NCBI GenBank assembly: GCA_963789465.1
Contig: CAWBLL010000003.1
Coordinates: 55,187-119,186 of the forward strand
DNA: 64,000 bases
DNA from: an uncultured Bacteroidales bacterium
GTDB lineage: Bacteria > Bacteroidota > Bacteroidia > Bacteroidales > VadinHA17
Direction of reading: 5' to 3'
The stretch's first letter is position 1. Each line of letters begins with the position of its first letter. The notes beneath the pieces were generated by a model. The model was not told the origin of the DNA. It saw nothing but the letters and a program-made list of their open reading frames with translations, and did no database searches. Shown here in pieces: positions 6,786-16,860 of this stretch. A program made the translations under genes and the position numbers.

Positions 6786-9197
6786 TCAATATTTCTCAGG
6801 AGAGACTTCTTTCATAATAGCGTAGATTGAATCAAAGATATCCTCGGCACTTGGCTTTGAAAAATAGTCTCCATCGGTAGTATATGCAGGTCTGTGCTCT
6901 TTACCCGTTATTGTTTTGGGCGGGCTGTCGAGGAATGTCCATGCTTTCTGTTTTTCAAGAACTTCCTGCATCATATATGCGGTTGTACCTCCCGGAACAT
7001 CCTCATCAAGAAAAACGATCTTGTTAGTCTTCTTTATGGATTCGAGTATCATCTTAGGCCTGTCAAAAGGAACAAGTGTCTGAACATCAATTAATTCAAC
7101 AGATATATCGTGTTTTTCGAGCTGTCTGACGGCATCCATGGCAACCCTTACTGTCGATCCATAGGTAATAATTGTAATATCTGTACCTTCATTAATAATT
7201 TCAGGAATTCCGAGTTGTAATTTGAACTCGCCTATATTATCAGGCAGCCTTTCCTTAAGCCTGTAACCGTTCAGAGGCTCAATAACTATTGCAGGATCAT
7301 TCCCTTCAAGCAGAGTGTTGTAGAATCCTGCTGCCCTTGTCATATCCCGTGGTGAACATACATAAACGCCCCTTACTGAATTAATGAGCATGCTCATTGG
7401 AGAGCCGGAATGCCAGATGCCTTCCAGCCGATGCCCCCTGGTACTTATAATCAGGGGAGCTACCATCGCTCCTGCCGTCCTGTAATGGGTGGTTGCAATA
7501 TCATCGCTTAGTCCCTGGAGAGCATACATAAGGTAGTCAAGATATTGAATCTCAGCGATCGGTCTCATTCCCCTGAGCGATAAACCAAGTCCCTGACCGA
7601 CTATTGTGGCTTCCCTTATTCCTGTATCGGTTATTCTCAGTTCCCCGTATTTCTTCTGCAGGCCTTCAAGAGTTTGATTCACCCCTCCGATGCCGCCGGT
7701 ATCTTCGCCAAATGTCACCAGAAGAGGATATTTTGCAAAGAGCTTGTCATAATTATCACGTAAAATCTGGCGTCCGGGGACTTCCGGAGAATCCGGTGAG
7801 TAGACCGGGGCGACAGGTTTAACATTAAGGACGGATGTAGGTGTTTCGTTATACAGAAAGGTATCGTAGCTTTCATGGGCATCCTCATAATTTCGTTTTA
7901 GCCAGCCCTGAAGCTCCTCCTTCAGGTTATCCGATTTCATACAGTCTGAACAGACATTCCTTAAAATTTTACGTGCCGTAACAAAGTTATCCTTCCTGAT
8001 CGGAGCCACTATTTTCCTGAGGTCCTCGTTATAATTATCCACAGATTCCTCTTTAGGGGACTCATCGCACCTGCATGAACGGTCATCGATTATTTTAACC
8101 AGGGCATCCCTTTCAATCTTAATAGGGGTCTGAAACATTTCCCACCCTTTCCTGCGTGATTCCTTTGCCTCCTCTTCAGCCTCTTCCTCCAGTTTATCGA
8201 GTTCCGCGGCAGTGGCGAGGGATGTTTCGATCATCCATTCCCTCATCTTTTTTATAGGATCCCATTCCTCTTCCCACTTAAGCCTTTCTTCACTTTTATA
8301 TCTCTCATGTGATCCGGATGTGGAATGTCCCTGTGGCTGGGTCACTTCGTCAACATGAAACAAAACAGGTGTCTGCTCTGTACGGCAAATTTTTATGCCT
8401 TTCTCATACATATTGATCAATCCTGCATAGTCCCATCCTTTTCCCCTGAAGATCCTTATGCCGGGTTTATCCTTTTCCGATTCAAATCCCCTGAGAATTT
8501 CCGAGATGCTTCCTTTTGTTGTCTGGTATTTTTTTGGAACGGAGATGCCATAACCATCGTCATATACCGTTACTGCCATAGGAACCTGCAGTACTCCTGC
8601 TGCATTAATCGATTCCCAGAAATGGCCCTCTGATGTACTGGCATCTCCAATTGAGCCGAATGCCACTTCATTACCCTGTTGCGACAGGGTTGTATACTTG
8701 TGCAATGCTGTATTCTGCCTGAAAAGCTTGGAGGCATAGGCAAGCCCAAGCAACCTTGGCATCTGTCCTGCCGTCGGAGAAATGTCCGCTGATGAGTTTT
8801 TCTGCTTTGTCAGGTCAAGCCATGAGCCATCTGACCTAATATTTGGAACGGAAAAATGGTTATTGAATGCCCTGCCGGAATTACCGGGATTGATTTCTCT
8901 GTTGGTATTTCCATAAAGCTGATGAAAAAACTCAAGTGAATTATAAAGCCCCATCGCCATCATCCAGGTCTGGTCCCTGTAATATCCTGATCTCCAATCA
9001 CCATTTTTGAACTGTTTGGCCATTGCTATCTGAACTATCTCCTTCCCTGCTCCAAAAATTCCAAACTTGGCTTTACCAGTAAGCACTTCCCGACGACCTA
9101 TCACACTCAGGTTCCTGCTCAGGTTGGCAAGCCGGTAATCCGCAAGGATCTCTTCACGTGTTACTTTTAGTTCAGATATAATGTCGGTTTGTTTCAT
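6786..9197 (-). CDS. 2-oxoacid (probably branched-chain) dehydrogenase E1, fused alpha+beta subunits
   Basis: TPP-binding GDASTSEG, GHSTSG, TFGEDTG, DTGIRE, EIQYLDY, GIWHSGSP. 803-aa fused architecture. Confidence 0.88.
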   Translation of the reverse strand: MKQTDIISELKVTREEILADYRLANLSRNLSVIGRREVLTGKAKFGIFGAGKEIVQIAMAKQFKNGDWRSGYYRDQTWMMAMGLYNSLEFFHQLYGNTNREINPGNSGRAFNNHFSVPNIRSDGSWLDLTKQKNSSADISPTAGQMPRLLGLAYASKLFRQNTALHKYTTLSQQGNEVAFGSIGDASTSEGHFWESINAAGVLQVPMAVTVYDDGYGISVPKKYQTTKGSISEILRGFESEKDKPGIRIFRGKGWDYAGLINMYEKGIKICRTEQTPVLFHVDEVTQPQGHSTSGSHERYKSEERLKWEEEWDPIKKMREWMIETSLATAAELDKLEEEAEEEAKESRRKGWEMFQTPIKIERDALVKIIDDRSCRCDESPKEESVDNYNEDLRKIVAPIRKDNFVTARKILRNVCSDCMKSDNLKEELQGWLKRNYEDAHESYDTFLYNETPTSVLNVKPVAPVYSPDSPEVPGRQILRDNYDKLFAKYPLLVTFGEDTGGIGGVNQTLEGLQKKYGELRITDTGIREATIVGQGLGLSLRGMRPIAEIQYLDYLMYALQGLSDDIATTHYRTAGAMVAPLIISTRGHRLEGIWHSGSPMSMLINSVRGVYVCSPRDMTRAAGFYNTLLEGNDPAIVIEPLNGYRLKERLPDNIGEFKLQLGIPEIINEGTDITIITYGSTVRVAMDAVRQLEKHDISVELIDVQTLVPFDRPKMILESIKKTNKIVFLDEDVPGGTTAYMMQEVLEKQKAWTFLDSPPKTITGKEHRPAYTTDGDYFSKPSAEDIFDSIYAIMKEVSPEKY

Positions 9198-9375
9198 ATT
9201 GTTTAAAATAAGTGGTATAAACTGGAGTCACAATCCTAACAACAAAAAAAATTAACGGTTGTTTAAAATAACGGGGATAAATGATTGTTATCTTTGTTCC
9301 CCTGATAGATCATTCACCACATAAAAGTGAGGTCAATGTAAAGTTACAAAATTATAGGGAGACAGGTATAGATAT

Positions 9376-9603
9376 ATGTTTTTAAAACTGGTCATATTGA
9401 GTGTAATATTCCTGGCTATTGCAGCTGCAGGGTTCGGGATAAGAATGTTGCTTAAGCCACAGGGTCGGTTTCCTGAAACTCATATAAGCAGGAATCCTGA
9501 AATGAGGAAACGAGGGATTACCTGTGCCCAGCAAACGGATACTGGCTGTCATTCAACAGAGGGCTTTCCGGGTTGCGCCGGATGCAGCGGTATTCGCCTT
9601 TAA
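9376..9603 (+). CDS. Small single-TM Cys-rich membrane protein (candidate NqrM-like)
   Basis: N-terminal hydrophobic helix, GRFPETHISRNPEMRKRGI and four C-terminal Cys. TATCTTTG promoter at 9289-9296. Convergent with apbE. Confidence 0.7.
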   Translation: MFLKLVILSVIFLAIAAAGFGIRMLLKPQGRFPETHISRNPEMRKRGITCAQQTDTGCHSTEGFPGCAGCSGIRL

Positions 9604-9665
9604 CTTTCAATGAATTTAATCTGTTGCTGATCAATCTTCCCGCAAAGACGCCGGGATAATCTGAT

Positions 9666-10682
9666 TTATTTCTCTATTGTCAGAATTTTTTTAAGGTCAT
9701 CTGACATCCATGTTTGAAAATTTCCTTTGTCATCGGAAAATACAAAAAAAGCGCTGAACTCCTTATGTGATTTAATGAAGTCGATGGACTTATCTGTTCC
9801 CATTACCATGCAGGCTGTTGCTATCCCATCAGCCATAGTGCAATCATCAGCGACTATAGTAGCGCTCAGGAGCCTGTTTTTAGCAGGATAACCTGTTTTA
9901 GGATCAATTTCATGAGAATACTTCACTCCGTTCTCTACATAGAATTTCCTGTAATTGCCCGAAGTGGATACCGCCTTGTCGCTTACCTTGAGTATTGCCT
10001 CAAGCGACTGGCCTGGTACCATATTATTATCTTCCGGCCTGTCGATCCCGATCTTCCACGGAGCTCCTCCCTTCGACCCAACTGCCATGACTTCCCCGCC
10101 TATTTCGACAAGATAATCCGAGAGTCCCAGGCTCCTGAAATATCTGCATACCACATCAACGGAATATCCCTGGGCAACGGCATTCACATCAAGGGTAACT
10201 CCGGGAACGCTCTTAACAATCTTCCCGTTCACCAGTTTTACCTTATCCATTCCAACAAGTTTCATAAGACTGTCGCGCTTTTCTTCTGTAAAATTCTTAT
10301 GATCATCGGGTCCGAATCCCCAGGCTCTGACAAGAGGACCAACGGTTATGTCAAAGGCGCCATCTGTCATTTGTGAAATGAGCTCTGATCTTTTAAAGAC
10401 CTCGATGAAGAATGAATCAGGAACCGCATCCTCATTGCGGTTTATCCTGGAAATAATGGAAGAATCGATATAAATCGACAAAGACATGTCAAATTTATGC
10501 AGGAGGTTATCAACCTGCATTTTAAGCTCCTGTGGATTTATATTTATATTGTTGTCATAGACAATGCTGTAGGTAGTACCCTGGGTGAAGCCCGTAAAAT
10601 TATTTAAAACAGGCTTCCTTCCGGTACAGGAGGTCGCCAGTAAAAGAATAAGAAACAGAAATGATGATAATTTGTTACCCAT
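9666..10682 (-). CDS. apbE: FAD:protein FMN transferase ApbE (lipoprotein)
   Basis: Lipobox LATSC, GTTYSI, GAFDITVGPL, AQGYSVD, EIGGE, STSGNYR, HEIDPKTG, ADGIATA. Confidence 0.95.
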   Translation of the reverse strand: MGNKLSSFLFLILLLATSCTGRKPVLNNFTGFTQGTTYSIVYDNNININPQELKMQVDNLLHKFDMSLSIYIDSSIISRINRNEDAVPDSFFIEVFKRSELISQMTDGAFDITVGPLVRAWGFGPDDHKNFTEEKRDSLMKLVGMDKVKLVNGKIVKSVPGVTLDVNAVAQGYSVDVVCRYFRSLGLSDYLVEIGGEVMAVGSKGGAPWKIGIDRPEDNNMVPGQSLEAILKVSDKAVSTSGNYRKFYVENGVKYSHEIDPKTGYPAKNRLLSATIVADDCTMADGIATACMVMGTDKSIDFIKSHKEFSAFFVFSDDKGNFQTWMSDDLKKILTIEK

Positions 10683-10850
10683 TTTGCCAGGATTATTAAT
10701 GTTGAAGAAACAAGGTACAATGTTAAGGAAAATTTATATCAGGAAGAAGAGGAAAACGTTGTTTGAATATTGAAATCCACCCTGGCCCTTCCGGGGATGG
10801 AAGCCGGCTGGAGCAAATCGTTCCCTGATAAGTTCACGCAATAACCCGGT

Positions 10851-10878
10851 AAAAAAAGACTGCCTTTGCAAGCGGCCT
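10851..10878 (-). terminator. Intrinsic terminator after nqrF
   Basis: Minus strand AGGCCGCTT-GCAA-AGGCAGTCT (one mismatch) followed by a T run. Confidence 0.65.
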
Positions 10879-10886
10879 GTTCCTTA

Positions 10887-12141
10887 TCAGATCCCGAAAT
10901 CATCAAATGCAATATTCTCCTTGGGCACACCCATTACATCGAGCGTTCGTAAAACAGCTGAGTTCATTAGAGGAGGTCCGCAGATATAATATTCTATATC
11001 TTCCGGGGCATCATGTTCACAAAGGTAATTATCAAGCAACACCTTGTGAATGAACCCGGTATAGCCTGTCCAGTGATCTTCAGGCAGCGCTTCCGATAGT
11101 GCCAGATTAAAGGTAAAATTCGGAAAATTCTTTTCAATAGCCCTGAATTCATCTTCATAAAATACCTCCCTCAATGACCTGGCCCCGTACCAGTACGACA
11201 CTTTTCTTTTTGTTTTCAGCGTTTTGAAAAGATGGAAAATATGAGATCTGAGGGGAGCCATCCCTGCTCCACCGCCAATATAGATCATCTCATTATCCGT
11301 ATTTTTTATGTGAAATTCACCATACGGTCCGGAAATAGTCACTTTATCTCCTGGCTTTCTTGAGAATATATATGATGAGCATAATCCCGGGGGTACATTC
11401 ATGAACTGGTTTTTCGCCTTATCCCATGGTGGTGTGGCAATCCTGATATTTAGCTTGATAAGGTTCTTCTCTGCAGGATAGTTGGCCATGGAATATGCCC
11501 TGAACGTTTCTTCCCTGTTTGATATCTTAAGATCCCACATGTTGAAGCAGTCCCAGTCGGACCTGAATTGCTTTTCAACAACAAAATCTGCAAATGTTGT
11601 TTCATACTGCGGAACATCGATCTGTACATAACCTCCCGGCTCGAAATCCAGTGATTCACCTTCAGGAAGCCTTACAACAAACTCTTTAATAAAGGTAGCT
11701 ACATTATTGTTGGATATTACCTCGCATTCCCATTTCTTAATACCCATCACAGATTCCGGCACCTTAACGGTAAGGTTTTCCCTTATTTTGACCTGGCAGC
11801 CGAGGCGCCAGTTGTTATTCTGTTCTTTCCTGGTAAAGAAGCCGGTTTCTGTTGGCAAGAATGCTTCCTCCGCCTTCCACTATCTGACATCTGCACATCC
11901 CGCAGGTACCTCCTCCCCCGCATGCGGAAGGTAAAAAAATTCCATTTCCCGATAATGTTGATAAAAGATTGGATCCCGGTGATACGGCCAATTCAAGATC
12001 ATTTATTTTCAGGTCGACCTTTCCCTTGGGAGCAAGCTTGTCCCTCGCAAAAAGAAGCAAGCCTACCAAAGACATTATAACAAACAAAAAGACTGTTATG
12101 CTGTATAAAATTATTCCGCCAGTAGAAAGAGCTAAAATCAT
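10887..12141 (-). CDS. nqrF: Na+-NQR subunit F, split by a +1 frameshift near 11858
   Basis: 5' ORF has the 2Fe-2S motif [14 protein letters not shown]. 3' ORF has [20 protein letters not shown] and YICGPP. Removing one base at ATT-CTTG-CCA restores GGSILPTE. Confidence 0.93.
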
Positions 12142-12157
12142 AATGCTTCTTTTTCAA

Positions 12158-12775
12158 TTAGAGTTTAATTCCCATGAATCCCATAAATGCAATTGCCATA
12201 AGTCCTGTAAGGATGAATGTTATTCCCAGACCTTTAAGCGGATCGGGCACATTACTGTACCTCAATTTCTCCCTGATTGCCGCTATGGATACTATTGCCA
12301 GCATCCATCCTATCCCTGATCCGACACCGAAGACAGTAGCTTCGGCAAGAGTTTCATATTCACGTTCCTGCATAAAAAGAGCTGCTCCAAGGATTGCACA
12401 GTTCACTGCAATCAGGGGAAGAAATATCCCCAGGGAATTATATAGTGCAGGGCTGAATTTTTCAATAACCATTTCAACCAGCTGAACTATCGCAGCTATG
12501 ACAGCAATGAATACCATGAAAGTAAGGAAGCTCAGATCGACATCGGCAAAACTCTGACCAAGCCAGGAGAGTGCTCCTTTTTTAAGTACATAATGCTCGA
12601 CAAGGAAATTCACAGGGATTGTAATCAACAGAACAAACACTACTGCCACTCCCAGCCCGATTGAGGTCTTAACAGTCTTTGATACCGCCAGGAATGAGCA
12701 CATCCCCAGGAAGAAGGCAAAGACCATATTGTCAATAAAAATTGACTTGATAAATATATTTAAGAGATGTTCCAT
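12158..12775 (-). CDS. nqrE: Na+-NQR subunit E
   Basis: [27 protein letters not shown], operon position. Confidence 0.95.
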   Translation of the reverse strand: MEHLLNIFIKSIFIDNMVFAFFLGMCSFLAVSKTVKTSIGLGVAVVFVLLITIPVNFLVEHYVLKKGALSWLGQSFADVDLSFLTFMVFIAVIAAIVQLVEMVIEKFSPALYNSLGIFLPLIAVNCAILGAALFMQEREYETLAEATVFGVGSGIGWMLAIVSIAAIREKLRYSNVPDPLKGLGITFILTGLMAIAFMGFMGIKL

Positions 12776-12786
12776 AACTTTTAAAT

Positions 12787-13441
12787 CTATTTTTTCTCAA
12801 TAAGACTTTTATTCCGGCTTCTCTGATACCAGATAATCAAACCAACGGTGATCAGTGCCATAGGAGGAAGAATCATCATTCCATTATTATGGTAACCGGC
12901 AGAATAAAGACCAAGTTTTTCCATAACCGGATAGCCCAGTAAGGTACCCGATCCCAGCAATTCCCTGAAAAACGCAACGATAACCAGGATCATACCGTAA
13001 CCTGCACCGTTTCCAAGTCCGTCAATGAATGATGGCCATGGATCATTCCCCATGGCAAATGCCTCAAGGCGTCCCATCAGAATGCAGTTAGTGATGATTA
13101 GCCCCACAAATACGGAAAGCTGCTTGCTGACATCGAAGGCATATGCCTTAAGAAACTGGTCGACAAGGATAACCATTGTGGCAATTACCACCAGTTGAAC
13201 AATAATCCTGATCCTGTCAGGAATATATTTTCTCATGGCTGCAATAACCACGTTTGAAACTGCCACAACTATGGTGACTGATAATGCCATAACCAAGGGC
13301 AGGCTTGAGCTTTACAGTCACAGCCAGTGCAGAACAGATACCAAGCACCTGAACAGTTATCGGATTATCCTTCCCCAGAGGTGCGGTGAAGAGTTTCATG
13401 TTTTTTGCCGAGAACATCGGCTCCCTCTCAACTTTTTTCAT
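12787..13441 (-). CDS. nqrD: Na+-NQR subunit D, split by a +1 frameshift near 13296
   Basis: [17 protein letters not shown] in the 5' ORF and [20 protein letters not shown] in the 3' ORF. Removing one base at GCC-CTTG-GTT restores KPALVMA. Confidence 0.93.
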
Positions 13442-13444
13442 ATA

Positions 13445-14146
13445 TCAGCTTCTGTTTTTTAAAAGATAACCATTGTACTTTGCAATACAGTCTTTTAACA
13501 TCTTTTCGAGGCCCTTACTCGTAATGGTACCACCGGAAATAGCATCAACACTATGCGGATCATCCGGCTTTGCTCCGCCCTTGATAACTCCTATGGAAAC
13601 GAATTTGTCCTGATCATAGAGCTTTTTCCCTGTAAACATATCCTCAAACCTTTGAGTATTTATTTCAGCTCCCAGACCAGGTGTTTCTCCCTTATGATCA
13701 AAGGTAACCCCGTATATTGTATTCATATCCGATTTTAATGATATGTAACCCCAGATAGGACCCCATAAGCCCTTACCTTGTACAGGAATTACCGTCAGCT
13801 CTTCCCCGTTATCCAAAACAGCATCAAATACAGGCAGATACTGCTTGTCAAGTGGTTTTTTCTGCTCAATGCTCAAAACCACATTAAAAGCATCAACCCC
13901 GGGGACTTCCTCCCCGCCGGAGTTAAGTACAAAGCTCTTCTTTATATATTTATCGTATAGTGATTCGGTAGTCTCCCGGGTGGAAGGAATACGCATTGAT
14001 TCCAGCATACTCTTCTTCTTCTCTATTTCAAGATTTTTCTGCTGGCGTGGCTGCAACATTGTGGCAGCCAGTGAAAGAAGCGTTGCCACAACAACGACCA
14101 TTATTGCGGAAAAAATGAATATATATTTGTTACTGAACTCTTTCAT
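13445..14146 (-). CDS. nqrC: Na+-NQR subunit C
   Basis: GKGLWGPIWGY, HKGETPGLGAEI, FMN attachment motif DAISGGTITS. Confidence 0.95.
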   Translation of the reverse strand: MKEFSNKYIFIFSAIMVVVVATLLSLAATMLQPRQQKNLEIEKKKSMLESMRIPSTRETTESLYDKYIKKSFVLNSGGEEVPGVDAFNVVLSIEQKKPLDKQYLPVFDAVLDNGEELTVIPVQGKGLWGPIWGYISLKSDMNTIYGVTFDHKGETPGLGAEINTQRFEDMFTGKKLYDQDKFVSIGVIKGGAKPDDPHSVDAISGGTITSKGLEKMLKDCIAKYNGYLLKNRS

Positions 14147-15318
14147 TTCAAAATATTGTTTGATGCGACTCTGGCCCTCTTAAGTCTTTTGTTTATACTC
14201 GACTGGATAACAAAATAGTCAATCAGCGGTGCAAAGACATTCATTAGCAATATAGCCAGCATTACACCCTCGGGATATGCTGGGTTCAATACCCTGAAAA
14301 GCACAGACAGAATTCCTATCAAAACGCCGTATATCCATTTCCCTTTCTCAGTCTGTGCCCCCGACACAGGATCAGTGGCCATAAAAACTGCTCCGAATGC
14401 GAAACCTCCCATGACAAATTGATAATATGCAGGTACACTCATATAGGCATTGACAGATAAGGCATTAAATAACAGACCTATTCCAAGTCCGCCCGCGAAT
14501 ACACTCACAATGACCTTCCAGCTTCCTATTCCCGTTGCTATAAGAATGACGGCACCAATCAGTATTGCCAGGGTAGATGTTTCACCAACGGATCCCGGAA
14601 TTGTACCCAGGAACATATCCATGAATGAAGGCAGCTTTGAAGTCTCGCCGGCAGCACAAAGGGCAAGAGGTGTTGCACCTGAAAATCCATCCACAATATG
14701 CTGTCCTTTGGTCAACCCTGCTATCCAGACTTTATCCCCTGTCATCCATCCCGGATAGCTGAAAAAGAGAAAGGCACGGGCAACAAGTGCAGGGTTAAGT
14801 ACATTCATCCCTGTACCCCCGAATACCTCTTTTCCAATGATGACTGCAAATGCCGTTGAAAGGGCAAGCATCCACAATGGAATATCCACAGGCATAATAA
14901 GCGGTATCAGCAAGCCTGTTACCAGGAAGCCCTCATTTATCTCATGACCCCTCATCTGGGCAGCTATGAATTCAATTCCCAACCCGACAGTATAACTAAC
15001 CACGATGAGTGGCAGTATCTTCAGAAATCCAAACAAGAACATTGCCAATATACTTTCCTCTGCACCTATGGATCTGAAATGCTGCAAACCCACATTATAC
15101 GAACCGAATAATAATGCCGGCAGAAGGGCAATAATTACCACGGTCATCGTACGTTTCAGGTCAATGCTGTCACGGACATGTGAACCTTTAAATGTAACCC
15201 GGTCAGGTACATAAAGAAAAGATTCAAGTCCTTCAAAGACCGAGTGCATTTTACTGTACTTTCCCCCTTCCTGAAAAAGAGGCTTTATTTTGTCTATCTT
15301 TTTTCTTAAAGAATCCAT
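14143..15318 (-). CDS. nqrB: Na+-NQR subunit B
   Basis: HVRDSIDLKRTM, KEVFGGTGMN, DGFSGATPL (FMN site), FMATDPVS, YPEGVMLAIL. Confidence 0.95.
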   Translation of the reverse strand: MDSLRKKIDKIKPLFQEGGKYSKMHSVFEGLESFLYVPDRVTFKGSHVRDSIDLKRTMTVVIIALLPALLFGSYNVGLQHFRSIGAEESILAMFLFGFLKILPLIVVSYTVGLGIEFIAAQMRGHEINEGFLVTGLLIPLIMPVDIPLWMLALSTAFAVIIGKEVFGGTGMNVLNPALVARAFLFFSYPGWMTGDKVWIAGLTKGQHIVDGFSGATPLALCAAGETSKLPSFMDMFLGTIPGSVGETSTLAILIGAVILIATGIGSWKVIVSVFAGGLGIGLLFNALSVNAYMSVPAYYQFVMGGFAFGAVFMATDPVSGAQTEKGKWIYGVLIGILSVLFRVLNPAYPEGVMLAILLMNVFAPLIDYFVIQSSINKRLKRARVASNNILK

Positions 15319-15340
15319 TCTATACAGATATCTCAGTTTA

Positions 15341-16693
15341 CTAACTCATCTCCTTAATCATCAATTCAATGCCTTTTCTCACTATCGATTGTATCTCAAT
15401 TTTTGAAGGGCATATATATTCGCACAGTGCAAAATCTTCCTCGGCAATCTCATAAATTCCAAGATTCTCTATCATGTCAATATCCTCCGAAAGGATTGCT
15501 TTCAAAAGCTGCATCGGATAGATATCCATCGGAACAACTTTCTCATATTGACCGGTCATCACAAAGGCACGCTCACTGCCATGAAAATTGGTATCCAGCC
15601 TGTAGGTTTTGGAAGGAATAAGCTTTGACGCAAATGTTCTGTAGAAACTGAATTTTTTCAAACCGGGCATCATCCATCCGAAAAATTCAAAATAATCTCC
15701 CTCCGGGATAACGGTTACCTGCGAATCATAATAACCCAGATAACCATCCGGATCAATAGCGCTGCCCGTAAGAACATTACCACTTATATACCTGATTTTC
15801 CCCGGCTTTACATTATCGCTTACCAGATATGAGATAGATGCTCCGGATCTGATTCTATGATACTCCGGATGAAGAACTTCTGATCCGGTAAGGGCTATGA
15901 TTCTCTCATGATTATACCTGCCTTCCTCAAATAATCTCCCGATAGCCAGAACATCCTGAAAATTTACTATCCATACAACCTCTCCCTTGTTGACAGGATC
16001 AATATGGTGAATATGAACCCCTACATTACCTGCAGGATGTGGACCTGAAAAATAGGAGATCTCCAAACCTTCAGTTTCTTTCAGAATTTCAGGTGAACTT
16101 CCCTTACCATTCAGAATAAGATTGATCTTGCCATTGGTGAGTTTCTTCAAGGCAGCTATCCCGGTGCGGAAATTGGATGAAGAAGAATTCTCAATTATAA
16201 AATTATAGTCCGGGGCCAGTGGAGAGGTATCGAAGCCGGATATAAATATTGACTTCGGGATATCATTGGGATTTGCAATAACATGATATGGACGTTGTCT
16301 GACTGCCGGCCATAATCCTGAAATCAGCAAAGATTTCTTTATCTCGTCCCTATTAAGTGCTGAGGGATCGTTGATACCGAAATCGAGGAATTCATCGCCT
16401 TTTTTCTCAACTACAACTTCAAGTAATTTTCGCCTGTCACCTCTGGTTATTGATAAGACCTTACCGCTGACAGGTGAGGTGAAAATAATTTCCGGACGGA
16501 ACTTGTCATAAAAAAGCGGAGAACCGGCCGATACCATGTCACCTGCTTTAACAGTTAATTTCGGAATAAGTCCCGGAAAATCAACAGGTTTGACAGCATA
16601 TGCAGCTGAAGGTACTTCTTTCTCCAGAACCTTTTCCGCTTTGCCTGCAATCCTTATATCCAGTCCCTTTTTAAGCTTAATTGATAACGACAT
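15341..16693 (-). CDS. nqrA: Na+-NQR subunit A
   Basis: IKLKKGLDI, FTSPVSG, GPHPAGNVG, EEDFALCEYICPSK. Confidence 0.95.
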   Translation of the reverse strand: MSLSIKLKKGLDIRIAGKAEKVLEKEVPSAAYAVKPVDFPGLIPKLTVKAGDMVSAGSPLFYDKFRPEIIFTSPVSGKVLSITRGDRRKLLEVVVEKKGDEFLDFGINDPSALNRDEIKKSLLISGLWPAVRQRPYHVIANPNDIPKSIFISGFDTSPLAPDYNFIIENSSSSNFRTGIAALKKLTNGKINLILNGKGSSPEILKETEGLEISYFSGPHPAGNVGVHIHHIDPVNKGEVVWIVNFQDVLAIGRLFEEGRYNHERIIALTGSEVLHPEYHRIRSGASISYLVSDNVKPGKIRYISGNVLTGSAIDPDGYLGYYDSQVTVIPEGDYFEFFGWMMPGLKKFSFYRTFASKLIPSKTYRLDTNFHGSERAFVMTGQYEKVVPMDIYPMQLLKAILSEDIDMIENLGIYEIAEEDFALCEYICPSKIEIQSIVRKGIELMIKEMS

Positions 16694-16727
16694 ATCTGGT
16701 GAAGTATATAATGCTTTATTGCCTTAG

Positions 16728-16745
16728 TTGTGAAAAAATTAACAA
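16728..16745. promoter_or_regulatory. Candidate Rex operator TTGTGAA-AAAA-TTAACAA
   Basis: 13/14 match to TTGTGAA-N4-TTCACAA, located between the nqrA -7 element and the start codon. Confidence 0.55.
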
Positions 16746-16752
16746 CAAAATG

Positions 16753-16760
16753 CAAAAGTA
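16753..16760 (-). promoter_or_regulatory. -7 promoter element (TACTTTTG) of the nqr operon
   Basis: TAnnTTTG match 60 nt upstream of nqrA. Confidence 0.6.
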
Positions 16761-16860
16761 TATTTATACTTTAACATATTCTAAAAAGTGCTAATTATTA
16801 TGAGATTTTTATGCAACATTTGATTAAATTTAATGTTTTTGAACATATGAATCTTATTCA

